64,000 nucleotides of DNA from an uncultured Acidobacteriaceae bacterium. Lineage in GTDB: Bacteria > Acidobacteriota > Terriglobia > Terriglobales > Acidobacteriaceae. The stretch covers positions 44,870-108,869 of the forward strand of contig CAWDJR010000019.1 of NCBI GenBank assembly GCA_963802565.1, written 5' to 3'. Under the pieces are notes generated by a model. It saw only the letters and a list, made by a program, of their open reading frames with translations. It ran no database searches and was not told where the DNA came from. The translations under genes and the position numbers were made by a program. Of the stretch, positions 61,861 through 64,000 are shown in pieces (the stretch's first letter is position 1; every line of letters begins with the position of its first letter).

Positions 61861-64000
61861 CTACTTCGCACCGGCCAGGCGAAATTGCAATCCAGCACGC
61901 GCAACACGCGGCGTTGCCAGCGTTGTCGTCGGCGTCTTTGAGACTTCGATGCTGCGATCGAGGAGATTCTCCCCGGCTGCAAAGACTTCGACACGCGATC
62001 CGAACTCGTGCGACCCGTAGGCGTCGAGCCGAAAGAAGCTGTGCAGTAGAAATTGGTTTGCATCATCGTCGTATTGGATCCCGCTCATGCGGCCCTGCAG
62101 AGTCAGTGTGCCGATCTGCGGACGAAATGCTCGAACATTCAAGGTTCCCATATTCCGCGCGACTTCTGGAATCCAATTGCCCAGATCCTGCGTGCCACCC
62201 GACACCACGGCATGCGCATACTGATAGCCGCCGTCTACAGCGAGCCAGCGCTGCGGCGCCAATTCGAAGTCGATTCCGACTCCGCGGCTTTCAATCTGCC
62301 CCAGGTTTTCGCGCTTCAATAAAATCGGCGATGAATTTGAATTCGTGGTGACCGCAACAATGGGCCGGTTGACCTCGGTGTCAAAGTAGCTGGTGCGAAT
62401 CGTGCCCCAGCGCCATTGGCTCGCCACTCCGGTCTCCCATCCCGTCGCGCGTTCGCTCAGGAGAGACGAATTAGCGAGTGTAAGTTTATTTCCCACCTGC
62501 GTCGAACGGTAGAGTTCGCTCGGCGTGGGTGCGCGAAATGCACGGAAGCCCGTTGCTGACAACGCCCAGTGATTTCCCAGTTTGCGCGAAATTCCCAACC
62601 GCGGATCGAAGAGAGTTTCGTCGCTCGTCGGAGGTTGGATTGGAGCCGGTATCCATGTCGATCCATTCCAAACCACGAGGTGTGCGTCATAGTTCTGAAA
62701 CCAATCCAACCGGCTCGATGCGGTTGCAGTCCACGCATGGTGCGTCCACATCACCTCCGCGTAGCCCGCGGAGTCGCGCTGGTGGTCGCTCAAATTCGTA
62801 AGTGTCGCGGCCGGACCATAGGATTGTTCGCTGTCCCAAACGCGCACATCTCGTACATCGGCCCCGGCGATCAGAAGAATCTCCGCGCCAATCGGCTGGT
62901 TCCAGCGCGCAACCGCGCCAAGTTCGTTGTCGGGCGCCAGGGATAACCTGGTCGGTATCTCCCCGCAACGGTAGGAGCAGGTCGGATTCTGCGGTGTCGG
63001 TGCGTTGGAAATGCTGGAGAACGTCTGCCGATAGTGCTGACTCGATCCATAAAAGCGCAGGGCTGCCGATGCGTTGTGCGCGCCCTGCCAATCCGCGCCC
63101 GTCGCATAACGCCAGAGGCGTGTGCCGTTCTGCTGAATCGGCGTGCCGTTGGCGCGCGCTTCGTTGAACACGCTGCCGCGTACGAACAAGCGCAGCGGGC
63201 CGCCGTCATGCTCGGCGTCGATTAATCCATTCTGCCCGTGCATGTTTGAGGCCGTGTCGACCGGCCCTCGCTGATACGGAGCCTCCTGGATGAATCCATC
63301 AGTGCCGATTGCGCCGCCGGATGCGAGCAGTCCCCATGCGCTGAGCTTTGTTTCGAGCAACGCGCTCGCGTCATAGGTGCCCAGGCCGCCGTAGCTTGAG
63401 CGCACCAAGGCCTGAGTGTCTGTGGGTCTTACAGCCAACACGTTGATTACGCCGCCGATGGCGCTTGAACCGTAGAGATCGCTGGCACCGCCGCGCAGTA
63501 CTTCGATGCGATCAATCGTCAGTTCCGGCTGCTCCTCCCAGTGGATCCAACCGCCCAGAGCATCGTTGAGGGGAACATCGTCCTCGGTCACCAGGGTGCG
63601 GCTGGCCGCGGTGGAGCCCAATCCGCGCAGGCTGATTCCCTGCGATGTTGGATTGGATACCAGCGAACTCGATCGCCGAAACAACTCAACGCCGGGTAAT
63701 TGGCGCACCTGTCCGTCCATCGTGATTGACGCTGTTGAACTCAACGCCGATGCCGATAACCCCCGCGTCGTCACCGGACTTTCCAGCGTTCCCAGCGGTG
63801 TGCGATACGCCGTCACTGTCACCTGCTCGTTGCTTCCCGCAGCGTCAAGTTGAACGGTGGTATTCGCGCTGATCTCGACGAACTTTCCCGCAAACCCTTT
63901 CGCCTCGATACGGAGACGGCAGGGGATGCGACAACGGATGGTGAGCTGGCCGTTCGTATCGGTGCGGCCCAGTAAAGGTCCATTGGCTTCTTCGACGCTG
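61861..64000 (-). CDS. TonB-dependent receptor (plug plus barrel) with N-terminal carboxypeptidase-regulatory-like domain; 5' end beyond window
   Basis: ORF 61861..63822 begins at an internal GTG, and the frame stays open to base 64000 (...TDTNGQLTIRC...IEAKGFAGKFVEISANTTVQL). The plug carries IEVLRGGASDLYGSSAIGGVINV. The barrel ends ...AGLQFRLAGAK. Confidence 0.8.
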   Translation of the reverse strand, partial: SVEEANGPLLGRTDTNGQLTIRCRIPCRLRIEAKGFAGKFVEISANTTVQLDAAGSNEQVTVTAYRTPLGTLESPVTTRGLSASALSSTASITMDGQVRQLPGVELFRRSSSLVSNPTSQGISLRGLGSTAASRTLVTEDDVPLNDALGGWIHWEEQPELTIDRIEVLRGGASDLYGSSAIGGVINVLAVRPTDTQALVRSSYGGLGTYDASALLETKLSAWGLLASGGAIGTDGFIQEAPYQRGPVDTASNMHGQNGLIDAEHDGGPLRLFVRGSVFNEARANGTPIQQNGTRLWRYATGADWQGAHNASAALRFYGSSQHYRQTFSSISNAPTPQNPTCSYRCGEIPTRLSLAPDNELGAVARWNQPIGAEILLIAGADVRDVRVWDSEQSYGPAATLTNLSDHQRDSAGYAEVMWTHHAWTATASSRLDWFQNYDAHLVVWNGSTWIPAPIQPPTSDETLFDPRLGISRKLGNHWALSATGFRAFRAPTPSELYRSTQVGNKLTLANSSLLSERATGWETGVASQWRWGTIRTSYFDTEVNRPIVAVTTNSNSSPILLKRENLGQIESRGVGIDFELAPQRWLAVDGGYQYAHAVVSGGTQDLGNWIPEVARNMGTLNVRAFRPQIGTLTLQGRMSGIQYDDDANQFLLHSFFRLDAYGSHEFGSRVEVFAAGENLLDRSIEVSKTPTTTLATPRVARAGLQFRLAGAK

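Overview
High-G+C chromosomal segment that is probably from an Acidobacteriota (Terriglobia-like) genome. The taxonomic guess rests on a PadR regulator paired with an ADOP duplicated permease and on several carboxypeptidase-regulatory-domain/TonB-dependent-receptor-like outer-membrane proteins. The content is mostly housekeeping. There is a cell-shape operon, mreB-mreC-mreD-mrdA-rodA, followed by an rng-like RNase. There are two aldehyde dehydrogenases, one of them mmsA-like. There is an Lrp/ald pair and an NtrY/NtrX-like sigma-54 two-component pair. Other recognisable genes are kdsA, two secreted TldD/PmbA peptidases plus an M48 peptidase, gcvH-gcvPA-gcvPB, three Tad pseudopilin-like genes, dnaB, hdeD and tgt. 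I found no rRNA, tRNA or CRISPR array by eye, and I could not identify a clear novel multi-gene system such as a defence system. Five things stand out. (1) Many conserved and essential genes are interrupted as sequenced (rng, rodA, mrdA, mreB, dnaB, gcvPB, two ALDHs). Nearly all interruptions are +1 insertions, which looks like sequencing indels rather than biology. (2) A 36-nt palindromic element occurs three times, twice inside ORFs (tgt and gcvPB), and can be read through in frame in both. (3) A RAYT-type tyrosine transposase with perfect 32-bp inverted REP-like flanks sits between gcvPA and gcvPB. (4) Inverted arrays of CAGTGNN heptamers occupy operon-internal spacers. (5) The rng homologue carries an insert of about 500 aa of low-complexity sequence in its S1 domain and follows a 770-nt non-coding spacer closed by a 14-nt long-range inverted repeat. 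All calls come from reading the sequence and the ORF track by eye. No database search was run.
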